From positions 201,867-265,866 of the IMG/VR virus record IMGVR_UViG_3300029935_000001: a stretch of 64,000 nucleotides of DNA, one strand, 5' to 3'. The notes beneath the pieces are model-generated. The model made no database searches. It was not told the origin of the DNA and saw nothing but the letters and a program-made list of their open reading frames with translations. A program made the translations under genes and the position numbers. The DNA is from a virus (Duplodnaviria > Heunggongvirae > Uroviricota > Caudoviricetes). Of the stretch, positions 16,158-23,710 are shown one piece after another (the first letter of the stretch is position 1; each line of letters begins with the position of its first letter).

Positions 16158-16289
16158 AAGCAAACAGGTGTTTGTAGAACACCTTCATACAGTAAAACCC
16201 GTTTGGGCATTTGTAAGTGTCTAGAATTCTGAGTTGACAATCAGCGTTCGTTTTTGTAAACTATGATTTATTAACCACAGAGGTGTTAA

Positions 16290-16616
16290 ATGCCTAGAAC
16301 TAAAGCCGAACGGCTTGCTGCAATCCAAACAATGTATTTGCTTGCAGCTGATAATGGACGGCTCTCAGAGAGCCAAATTGCCCAACTTATTGCAGATGTC
16401 GAACAGGTAATGGATCCTCACTATACTGTGACTTTTCGGTGCCGGCACAGTCAGATGAAAAAACTTCTGCAAGCAGTAAACCGAAAGCGCAATCGTTTAT
16501 TCTTTGACGTTGACCTCGAAGTAAATGAAATTAAAAAATCGTATTTCAAACTCGAAGATACTCAATACGCGGTAACTATGCGCTATGCTACTCGCCCGTC
16601 CGGCGCGCATTATTAA
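16290..16616 (+). CDS. hypothetical protein
   Basis: SD GAGGTG ahead of the ATG. Confidence 0.45.
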   Translation: MPRTKAERLAAIQTMYLLAADNGRLSESQIAQLIADVEQVMDPHYTVTFRCRHSQMKKLLQAVNRKRNRLFFDVDLEVNEIKKSYFKLEDTQYAVTMRYATRPSGAHY

Positions 16617-16624
16617 CGTACTTT

Positions 16625-16870
16625 ATGCATTTGTTAGAAATTGGCAGCAAAGACATTGAGTGGCTAGGTCCACTCACCGACGAATTTCGAGCCCGGCACA
16701 ACTGCCCTGAGGGCCAAGTTTTGGATGGCGAATTGTTTTGCTATGAGTACGGCATTGCTAGTATAAAAACCGAGCCTGCGCCTGACTGTGAAGGTTTGTT
16801 GTCGCTAATGTGGTTTGAGTTTGCTTCGGAGGCTGATTTACTTTTGTTTGTAATGAGGTACAAAAAGTGA
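16625..16870 (+). CDS. hypothetical protein
   Basis: ORF in the same operon. Confidence 0.4.
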   Translation: MHLLEIGSKDIEWLGPLTDEFRARHNCPEGQVLDGELFCYEYGIASIKTEPAPDCEGLLSLMWFEFASEADLLLFVMRYKK

Positions 16871-17127
16871 AGGTGTTTGAGGAGTACGTACACGATCGCA
16901 CTAACCGCATGCTCGGATATAGGGTTGACACAATTTTGCTAACCAATGCAGAACTGACCAAACTTGATAAGTTTGCTCAGCAAGTTGGCGTGAGCGCAGA
17001 AACATTTTTAGATTACGAAGTTACTATGGCGGGCGATGTTGACATTCCGGCGTTGTTACTGTATTATAACGACGGTGCTGACGTAGACTATATTCGAACC
17101 TGGTTACGCCTTTATTACGAGAGCTAA
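16867..17127 (+). CDS. hypothetical protein
   Basis: GTGA/ATGA-type overlap with the previous gene. Confidence 0.4.
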   Translation: MKVFEEYVHDRTNRMLGYRVDTILLTNAELTKLDKFAQQVGVSAETFLDYEVTMAGDVDIPALLLYYNDGADVDYIRTWLRLYYES

Positions 17128-17128
17128 G

Positions 17129-18115
17129 ATGCAGATTGGATTTTGTTGCAAGATGGTTATGCCGGCGGTGAAAAAAGGTTTTGAAAACATCGAATCCTGC
17201 AACTTCAAGACTACTACGGCTAAGTGGCTGCGCGAGCATCCGGGCTCGGCTCCTGAACGGCTTGATAGTATCTTGCGTCACAATTTGCAAGCAGTCAAGG
17301 ACCTAATCAGGCGGGTAGCTCAGCGGCCGCAAGTGGGACGCATGGTTCGCATTGGCTCGGATATTTTTCCACTCTTCACGCACCCTGACGCTCGGTGGTA
17401 TTGGTCAGACCCGCTAGTGCTCAAGTTTGCTGAGTCTCAACTAGCTATAGCGGGTGCTACTGCTCGCGCAAGCGGTGTTCGTTTGTCTATGCACCCGGGA
17501 CAGTTTGTTGTACTCGCGTCCGAATCAGAGAACGTCCGCGCTAACTCAGTCGAAGAGTTTGAGTACCACGCGTTAGTAGCTCGCATGATGGGCTACTGTG
17601 TCACCGATCACGATTTTAAGATTAACGTTCATTTATCGGGCAAAGGCGGCACAGCAGTGTTTCGTCAGACTTACGCTCAGCTCAGCCCCGAAGCACGTTC
17701 CTGCATTACCATTGAGAACGACGAGTTTCAAGCTGGGCTCGATCGAGTGCTTGAAATTGCTGATTTGTGCCCGATTGTGCTTGACCTACACCACCACTTT
17801 ATTCACTCCGGCGAGTACATCCAGCCCACCGATCCTCGCATTCAGCAAGTTATTGCGTCGTGGCGCGGCGTTCGACCAGTTATCCACTACTCGCAGTCTG
17901 GTGAGCAGTATCTTGCTCACTTCCCTAACACCTTGCCTACTCATGCCGAGCTACTCCAAGTTGCTCCGCGCAGCAAGCTTCGCGCACACTCGGACTTTTA
18001 CACCCACACTCAAACAAACGCCTGGGCGCTGCAACACTTAGAGTGGGCAGACATCCAGGCAGAATGTAAAGCCAAAAACTTAGGTGCCGACCAGCTTATT
18101 GCTGCTTTGTCTTAG
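17129..18115 (+). CDS. UV-damage endonuclease (UvdE/UVDE family, TIM barrel)
   Basis: MQIGFCCK start (compare M-R-L-G-Y-x-C); ITIENDE (compare LENDD); IVLDLHHH triple-His; 328 aa, typical length. Confidence 0.6.
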   Translation: MQIGFCCKMVMPAVKKGFENIESCNFKTTTAKWLREHPGSAPERLDSILRHNLQAVKDLIRRVAQRPQVGRMVRIGSDIFPLFTHPDARWYWSDPLVLKFAESQLAIAGATARASGVRLSMHPGQFVVLASESENVRANSVEEFEYHALVARMMGYCVTDHDFKINVHLSGKGGTAVFRQTYAQLSPEARSCITIENDEFQAGLDRVLEIADLCPIVLDLHHHFIHSGEYIQPTDPRIQQVIASWRGVRPVIHYSQSGEQYLAHFPNTLPTHAELLQVAPRSKLRAHSDFYTHTQTNAWALQHLEWADIQAECKAKNLGADQLIAALS

Positions 18116-18287
18116 TAGCAGGCTTGCGACGCCGCGGCTTTTTAGGTGCCGCGACGGGCTGTGCAGTCGCGGCTGCTACAGGGTCTGGCTCTTTGGCTGG
18201 AGCAGAGCATTCTGTTTTTTCAAACAGTTTTTTGATGCGGTTAACAACCCCTGCTACCCACGAAAGACTTTGTATCCAATTAAGCAT
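18096..18287 (-). CDS. small Lys/Pro/Ala-rich basic protein (63 aa), minus strand
   Basis: Strong SD AAGGAGG 6 nt upstream of the ATG on the minus strand; C-terminus PKKPRRRKPATKTKQQ looks like a histone-like DNA binder. Confidence 0.45.
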   Translation of the reverse strand: MLNWIQSLSWVAGVVNRIKKLFEKTECSAPAKEPDPVAAATAQPVAAPKKPRRRKPATKTKQQ

Positions 18288-18426
18288 GTTTTTCCTCCTT
18301 GTGTGTGTATTTATGGTTGATTATCCGAGGAAAAATGTGTTATGCTGCACTGCAAGGTAAATAACATTGTTGAGCGCCGAATGGTTCGGGCCGACACTTT
18401 ACACTCGCTTAATAAAGGAGCTTTTT

Positions 18427-18645
18427 ATGTTTAAATCTTTCACCCCGTTTGCTTCAGTAACTGCTTTTGCCAACTCAGCTATCGACGCCACTGAGCGCAC
18501 CGTAGAACAGCTTGTTAGTTTTGCGCCAGACGCAGTTAAAGGTCACGCTCAACAGTTTAACCAATCGTACTTTGCGATCGTCCGCGCCAACTCTGCTGCA
18601 GTCAGTAATTTTTACGAGCAAGCCACAAAGAGCTTTGCTAAGTAA
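18427..18645 (+). CDS. small Ala/Ser-rich helical protein
   Basis: SD AAAGGAG 7 nt upstream; followed by a strong bidirectional terminator. Confidence 0.5.
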   Translation: MFKSFTPFASVTAFANSAIDATERTVEQLVSFAPDAVKGHAQQFNQSYFAIVRANSAAVSNFYEQATKSFAK

Positions 18646-18646
18646 C

Positions 18647-18670
18647 AAAAGCCCCGCAAGGGGCTTTTTT
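18647..18670. terminator. bidirectional intrinsic terminator aaaaGCCCCgcaaGGGGCtttttt
   Basis: Perfect GC stem flanked by an A-tract and a T-tract. Confidence 0.75.
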
Positions 18671-18674
18671 GTGG

Positions 18675-18731
18675 TTGCTCTTCCTGCATCAATACCGTAT
18701 AATACGGCATAGACACCACTGAGCGAGCACT
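18675..18731 (+). promoter_or_regulatory. sigma70 promoter TTGCTC-16-TATAAT
   Basis: -10 at 18697-18702. Confidence 0.5.
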
Positions 18732-18866
18732 ATGAGAGGCGTTGAACTTGAGCTATTAGATCGCCTAAAGACACCATATCTTGCAGCGCCCCGAAGCGTG
18801 CTCCATCAAGCATTGGCTGAGCTTATCAGCTTGCGCGAAGAATTCGCCCACGCCACTTTACTGTAA
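18732..18866 (+). CDS. small ORF (44 aa)
   Basis: First ATG after the promoter. Confidence 0.3.
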   Translation: MRGVELELLDRLKTPYLAAPRSVLHQALAELISLREEFAHATLL

Positions 18867-18878
18867 GGAATACCTACC

Positions 18879-19835
18879 ATGGGATCATGGAACAAGACGT
18901 GTGGTTTGTCAAACTTGCACATCTACTCTGGCACGCCAGTCTATGTGTTTGTAATGGAACAAAACCGAGACCGCTACGACCGTTGTTACACGACTGCGCT
19001 GTATAAGCCTTGCCTGCTCGCGTTCAAAAGTGTCTACAACGACTACGGCGGCGGCGAAAACTCTAGCGGACCCGGTCTCCCATTCATCATGGCTGCGCTC
19101 AAAGAGCATCTACACGAAATGCCATTGGGCAAAAACAAGTACCACGACATTGCTGTGACCAAAGCTGCGTTTGACGAGGAACTGTTTTTCCGCGCGGTTC
19201 ACGAAGGGCGACTCAAGCTGGACCTACACTGCAGCGAACCCGTTGACGTTGAGTTTGTAATGTTCCGCCAAGACGTAGTAGATCAAATCCTGCGTACTTA
19301 CGTAGCCGAACGTTATGTTGGCGCAGGCCAGGGCACCGGCGGCTGGAACAACGCCTATGTTCACTACTCGTGGGCTGACGTAGCAACTGACGTGCCTGCG
19401 CTAGTAGACGCCATTGCTGCAAAGGTCAACGCCGTTGACAGCAGGTTTGCTGGTATGCCTGCGCAGTGGCGGCCTGGGACCAGCCTTGATCAAATCAGTG
19501 ATCGCTGCGGTAGCAACAAGGCAGCATGGTATGTGCCTGTTAACGCCCACCAATACGCTAGCTTTTTGCGGGTTGATAGGCTTGTAATTGACCTAGTTGA
19601 AGCCAAGGACAGCAGCACTGCCGTTGCTGTGCTCACAGAGTACCTACGTGGCGCCTTTCTAGACGAGTTTATGATGGCCACGCGCCGGATCTGGGTCCCA
19701 GGCTGTCACGAAGGCAGTCAGGGAGCTGGCTATAAAGAGTACCTGGTCCTAGCCGACACTGTTCGCGATTGCTTGCGCCGCGAGATTGAGGAAAACGAAG
19801 AAGAAAACGACGACACCGTTGACCTTTCTGAATAA
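18879..19835 (+). CDS. hypothetical protein (318 aa, acidic C-terminus)
   Basis: SD-like AAGGAATACC ahead of the ATG. Confidence 0.5.
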   Translation: MGSWNKTCGLSNLHIYSGTPVYVFVMEQNRDRYDRCYTTALYKPCLLAFKSVYNDYGGGENSSGPGLPFIMAALKEHLHEMPLGKNKYHDIAVTKAAFDEELFFRAVHEGRLKLDLHCSEPVDVEFVMFRQDVVDQILRTYVAERYVGAGQGTGGWNNAYVHYSWADVATDVPALVDAIAAKVNAVDSRFAGMPAQWRPGTSLDQISDRCGSNKAAWYVPVNAHQYASFLRVDRLVIDLVEAKDSSTAVAVLTEYLRGAFLDEFMMATRRIWVPGCHEGSQGAGYKEYLVLADTVRDCLRREIEENEEENDDTVDLSE

Positions 19836-19878
19836 TTCCGGTATAATAGCTACATAACGTAACGCAACGGAGCAAGCA
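19819..19878 (+). promoter_or_regulatory. conserved promoter-leader cassette
   Basis: TTGACC-17-TATAAT-AGCTACATAACGTAACGCAACGGAGCAAGCAATG; the -35 lies inside the end of the upstream gene. Confidence 0.7.
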
Positions 19879-20232
19879 ATGGTTGAAGGCACAGTAATTC
19901 AAACGGACGGTAATGGGCTGTGGAGTCGAGTCGCAAAAGATGTCCGCCTCACCAGGCTGACTGTTGACACCTGGGAAGGCCTCGACGAAGATCTTCCCGG
20001 GGAAATGCGTGTTTTCTTTGACACAGCAACCTGGAATGTCTACGAAGACGGCTTGATTTACACTGACGAGCAGTTTAAAGGCCGCCTGGCGCTGTTGTTA
20101 AAAATCAAAGGCTTTGATGCCGACGATTGGTTTGAGTATTCAGAACAAGGGATGCAAGGTCGTGACTTTGTTTCGTTTGACGTCGGCGGCAAACTACTTC
20201 ATGAACTGATTGCTGCTCAAGCAAAGGATTGA
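19879..20232 (+). CDS. hypothetical protein
   Basis: Start at the end of the conserved leader. Confidence 0.5.
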   Translation: MVEGTVIQTDGNGLWSRVAKDVRLTRLTVDTWEGLDEDLPGEMRVFFDTATWNVYEDGLIYTDEQFKGRLALLLKIKGFDADDWFEYSEQGMQGRDFVSFDVGGKLLHELIAAQAKD

Positions 20233-20236
20233 TACT

Positions 20237-20386
20237 ATGGGCAAGTTTATTCTTGGCTTTATCCTGGGGCTGGTTGTTGCTACCATCGGCCTCGACGGAG
20301 TGTATAACCTCACTACCCGCGCAGTTGACGCATCCAAAACGGTGATCGTCGAAAACGCCAAGCCCATCGAAGGAGCCGCAAAATGA
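20237..20386 (+). CDS. small membrane protein (49 aa)
   Basis: One TM helix (FILGFILGLVVATIGL); ATGA overlap into the next gene. Confidence 0.4.
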   Translation: MGKFILGFILGLVVATIGLDGVYNLTTRAVDASKTVIVENAKPIEGAAK

Positions 20387-20646
20387 AAGTCATTCCGGTA
20401 ATTGAAGTGAGCACTTGGGACGGCGGTGATCGCCATAACTTTGCGTTTTACATTGACAATACCAATCGGTGCGGCGTAAGCCACGCGCGTGCTTACCAGG
20501 ACAAACACCCTCACGACATCGTTCGTGAAACCGAGATTGTTATTTTTGAGGGCCAGGTCGATTACAACGAGTTCCGTTCAGGCAAGGTGCGCGAGCGCGC
20601 GCTGGCCAAGCTGACAGCCGAAGAACGAAAAGCGCTCGGCTTCTAA
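20383..20646 (+). CDS. hypothetical protein
   Basis: Translationally coupled ORF. Confidence 0.45.
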   Translation: MKVIPVIEVSTWDGGDRHNFAFYIDNTNRCGVSHARAYQDKHPHDIVRETEIVIFEGQVDYNEFRSGKVRERALAKLTAEERKALGF

Positions 20647-20655
20647 GGAATAGCC

Positions 20656-21066
20656 ATGACAAAGCCTAACGCGTTTGTGTTTTACTTTGCTTTCGTGCAC
20701 GATGGGCTGCCCGGCGTGACCATGGGCTTTGTTGTGCCCGACGCCGAAGCAGTCTTTAAAAAGTTTTACGCATCTGACTTCGAAGATATGGTCGAAAAGC
20801 TTTACGCCGACGGACCATTCGACGACCTCGAATCGGCGTTTGGGGTTCACGACTGGAGAACATCGCCGAGCCAAGAAGTCGACGCAGTCGGGTTCAACAC
20901 TTACGAAGTTGAACCCAGTCAAATCGCAACGCTGATGGAACGGTGGCGCGAGGTATTTACAACCAACGTTGCCCCCGGGCCGGCTGTTGAGATCCCTGAG
21001 ATTGTCGCGTCAGGCTCGGATCACAGCATCTACAAATATATCACCGAACGCTACGAAAAAGGTTGA
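20656..21066 (+). CDS. hypothetical protein
   Basis: SD AAGGAATAG ahead of the ATG; ends ...YEKG-stop inside the next -35 box. Confidence 0.45.
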   Translation: MTKPNAFVFYFAFVHDGLPGVTMGFVVPDAEAVFKKFYASDFEDMVEKLYADGPFDDLESAFGVHDWRTSPSQEVDAVGFNTYEVEPSQIATLMERWREVFTTNVAPGPAVEIPEIVASGSDHSIYKYITERYEKG

Positions 21067-21124
21067 CTGCTAAGCTCTGTCTGCATATAATACGTATATA
21101 AAATAATGCAACGGAGCAGCCGAC
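21063..21124 (+). promoter_or_regulatory. conserved promoter-leader cassette (variant)
   Basis: TTGACT-17-TATAAT-acgtatataaaataATGCAACGGAGCAgccgacATG. Confidence 0.65.
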
Positions 21125-21424
21125 ATGATGAGCATGAAGACCCTCGAGCGGTACCATCAACTTCAAGGACTGATGGTCGGCTATAGCACCGAACCAGAAA
21201 AAAAGCAAACTCTCACGGAGATGCAACGGCTGTTCCAGCACCTCGATGTTGTTTCCTGTGTTGAGTATGCTCGCGCGTGCAAAACCGAACTAGTGCTAGT
21301 TGATTGCAAGCTCGAGGGCGAAGACATGTTCCAGGTCGCGCACAGCAAAACTAAATTCTGCTTCTTTATCGGCACTCGCACCGCTTGTGAAGAATTTCTC
21401 TCCAAGGTGTTTAAAAAAGGTTGA
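21125..21424 (+). CDS. hypothetical protein
   Basis: Ends ...FKKG-stop inside the next -35 box. Confidence 0.45.
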   Translation: MMSMKTLERYHQLQGLMVGYSTEPEKKQTLTEMQRLFQHLDVVSCVEYARACKTELVLVDCKLEGEDMFQVAHSKTKFCFFIGTRTACEEFLSKVFKKG

Positions 21425-21482
21425 CCGCCTGCCTGCTTTCTGGTATAATAGCTACATACAGTAACGCAACGGAGCAAAGATC
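21421..21482 (+). promoter_or_regulatory. conserved promoter-leader cassette
   Basis: TTGACC-17-TATAAT-AGCTACATACAGTAACGCAACGGAGCAaagatcATG. Confidence 0.7.
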
Positions 21483-21647
21483 ATGCAAGTCACCAAATAT
21501 GTTTCAAAGCAGAGCCCGGCGAACTTGGACTTTGCGGTTGTTGTTGTTGGCATTCTCGATAAGCTCTCCTACATGATCGACGACTACGAAGAAGGTCTCC
21601 AAGCTGAGCGCGACATGATGAGTTTTATCTACGGCGATGGACAGTGA
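21483..21647 (+). CDS. small protein (54 aa) with a hydrophobic segment
   Basis: Starts at the leader ATG; ends in a gTGAttGTG overlap with the next ORF. Confidence 0.4.
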   Translation: MQVTKYVSKQSPANLDFAVVVVGILDKLSYMIDDYEEGLQAERDMMSFIYGDGQ

Positions 21648-21811
21648 TTGTGACTCACGAACGTTTCAAACCTCCGCGCATTCGACGCCGGCCAACCGAA
21701 CTTTACGACGCTGACAGCCCGTTTCGCTATCAGCGGGTAGTTCAAGACAAGACCCGTCCTAAACGCAAAGACAAACATCCGGTGCGTTATGATCTCAAAG
21801 ACCTTGATTAG
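21644..21811 (+). CDS. small basic protein (GTG start)
   Basis: Start overlaps the upstream stop; Arg/Lys-rich. Confidence 0.3.
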   Translation: MIVTHERFKPPRIRRRPTELYDADSPFRYQRVVQDKTRPKRKDKHPVRYDLKDLD

Positions 21812-22037
21812 TTTAGCCGCAGCAACACTGGTAGGGTGTTCGACTGTTGCTGTGCCAAACGCGCGCAATGTAATGATAATACCCGACGACTGTGCCAATT
21901 CAAAGGCAATTGGTCAGTGGCTCGAAGAGCAGTCGCAGCGTCCTAAGCTTATTATTGAATCTCGTGAGCATCATAATGAAAGTGTTCAAGCAGTCAAAGT
22001 TCGTTTGTGGAGCTTGCGTTATCGTTGCCAGTCTTAG
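21789..22037 (+). CDS. lipoprotein (lipobox LVGC)
   Basis: Signal peptide MISKTLISLAAATLVGCSTV. Confidence 0.5.
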   Translation: MISKTLISLAAATLVGCSTVAVPNARNVMIIPDDCANSKAIGQWLEEQSQRPKLIIESREHHNESVQAVKVRLWSLRYRCQS

Positions 22038-22314
22038 CACAGGATGTAGCTCTGTGCCCGAAGCGCGATTTCCGCGAGCAATGCTTGACACTTTTGTAGT
22101 GGACTGTTCAAAAAAACGCGAACAAATTGAATTTATCAACTCGCAGCGGACCAGCGGCGGCGACCGGGCAGTTGCGCGTGTTTTGGTGTATCTAACACCG
22201 TGGCAAATGATCACCAACCCGGGGCCAAGGACCAACCAAATTGAAGTTGGGTACGGACAGCAGGATTGGATGTTGAACCAAATTTTGTGGGAGCTAGGAC
22301 AATGCCCCGAGTAA
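21976..22314 (+). CDS. lipoprotein (lipobox LSTGC)
   Basis: MKVFKQSKFVCGACVIVASLSTGCSS; overlaps the previous gene in another frame. Confidence 0.45.
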   Translation: MKVFKQSKFVCGACVIVASLSTGCSSVPEARFPRAMLDTFVVDCSKKREQIEFINSQRTSGGDRAVARVLVYLTPWQMITNPGPRTNQIEVGYGQQDWMLNQILWELGQCPE

Positions 22315-22871
22315 TGTTTGCTGTTGCTGGTATGATTGTGGCTGCTAATGCGGTAGCACAAGATAACTGTGTGCTTCAAATCGCAACCGTGACCAATGCT
22401 GACGCAGTCGTTGAGCGTGGTGCAGTGACCGCAAATATCGTCACTGATTACCGCGGCGTTAAGAAATGCGTGGTATCGTTTCGCGCCAGAGTAGGGTCAG
22501 ATTGGCACGTCACCGGAGGCGAGTGGCAGTGGGACGGAGTTTCGCCTCCCGAAACCGCGTGTGCGCTTGCGGTTAAAGAAGGCGAAAAAGCCTTAGTCGA
22601 AACAATTGCACCAGTTGCTTTGCGTAGCGAGCAACGAATGCTTTGTAATGACAGCGAAAGTCTTCGGACCCTACCGCTGTCGGAAATCGGACAGCGCGGA
22701 AACCTCGATCAGTTTAGAGTCCATCCAGAGTATCCAAATGTGTTTTATCACAACGGAACTGAGTGCCGTTGGACGCTAGACACCGTATTTGAGCGCAGTA
22801 AAGTCAAAACCTACCAAGGTATTATTTGTAAGATGGCCGGTAACCAATGGGTTCTGGTCGATCGCTTCTAA
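22302..22871 (+). CDS. secreted protein with cleavable signal peptide
   Basis: MPRVMFAVAGMIVAANAVAQDN; the track shows a TTG start at 22266. Confidence 0.5.
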   Translation: MPRVMFAVAGMIVAANAVAQDNCVLQIATVTNADAVVERGAVTANIVTDYRGVKKCVVSFRARVGSDWHVTGGEWQWDGVSPPETACALAVKEGEKALVETIAPVALRSEQRMLCNDSESLRTLPLSEIGQRGNLDQFRVHPEYPNVFYHNGTECRWTLDTVFERSKVKTYQGIICKMAGNQWVLVDRF

Positions 22872-22883
22872 CCGGAGAATGTC

Positions 22884-23471
22884 ATGAAAGTCAAAATGAT
22901 TGCAATTGCCTGTCTTGCTGCCACGCTTGCTGCGTGCTCGAGCACCCCTAACGTAGTGAAAGAAGCCCGCGAAGCCGAGCGAGTTGCTGCCAAGCAAGTT
23001 GAGAAAGCAATTGACCGCGCGCCGAGCTGGTATCTTCGTCCACCGGAGACCACGCGCGAAGTAGTCTTTGTTACTGGCACCAGCACGTCCAACAACATGA
23101 GCATGAGCCGTAACAAAGCTGTTCTTGACGCACAAGCCCAACTTGGCGACCAGCTCAACGCCCTGGTATTGGGTATGACCAAGCAGTATTTACGCGACGC
23201 AGGCGTGAACATCACGTCTACTATCGAAGACACTGAAATGATCACGCGTAAGCTGATTGCCGAAGCCAACGTAGCTGGCTACCGCGTGGAAAAGATCGAA
23301 GTTTACCCCGAAGGTCGTTACTTCCGCACCTACGTAATGCTGGCTTATCCAATTGGTGAAACTAATACTATCCGCGCCCAGCAAGAGCAAGCTCAGATGC
23401 TCAAAGCCCTGCCCGAGCAAAAGGCAAAAGCGTTTGATGAGCTCGACGCCCTACTTCAGGAGCGCCAATAA
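22884..23471 (+). CDS. lipoprotein with C-terminal coiled-coil
   Basis: MKVKMIAIACLAATLAACSS lipobox; Gln/Glu/Ala-rich helical C-terminus. Confidence 0.55.
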   Translation: MKVKMIAIACLAATLAACSSTPNVVKEAREAERVAAKQVEKAIDRAPSWYLRPPETTREVVFVTGTSTSNNMSMSRNKAVLDAQAQLGDQLNALVLGMTKQYLRDAGVNITSTIEDTEMITRKLIAEANVAGYRVEKIEVYPEGRYFRTYVMLAYPIGETNTIRAQQEQAQMLKALPEQKAKAFDELDALLQERQ

Positions 23472-23710
23472 TGGGGGCCTGGACTAACGTAGACGTCCCA
23501 ACGTTTGCTGAATGGCAGCGCGATGAGTACGAGCTCAAACTTGCTGCTGAACGAGAGTTTTGGAAAAAGCGTGCCGAACATCTACGCGACCAGCTTAACA
23601 ATATCCCAGCGGCAGTCAAGCAATACGGATACTGCGACATTACTGACACTAATGGGGTCAAGGTCCGACTTGTTGCTGAGTCGCAAGCCTCAGCGACGAG
23701 CCCGACCTAA
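23471..23710 (+). CDS. hypothetical protein
   Basis: taATGg overlap with the previous gene; 3' end overlaps the convergent minus-strand gene by 20 nt. Confidence 0.4.
   Translation: MGAWTNVDVPTFAEWQRDEYELKLAAEREFWKKRAEHLRDQLNNIPAAVKQYGYCDITDTNGVKVRLVAESQASATSPT

Noticed and set aside
15644-16289. Possible tRNA, tmRNA or group I intron in the 690-bp non-coding island.
   Set aside because: No cloverleaf with a GTTCGAATCC-type T-loop, no tag-peptide ORF ending ...ALAA-stop, and no recognisable P7/P3 intron core by eye. This needs Infernal to settle, so it is retained only as a generic non-coding finding.
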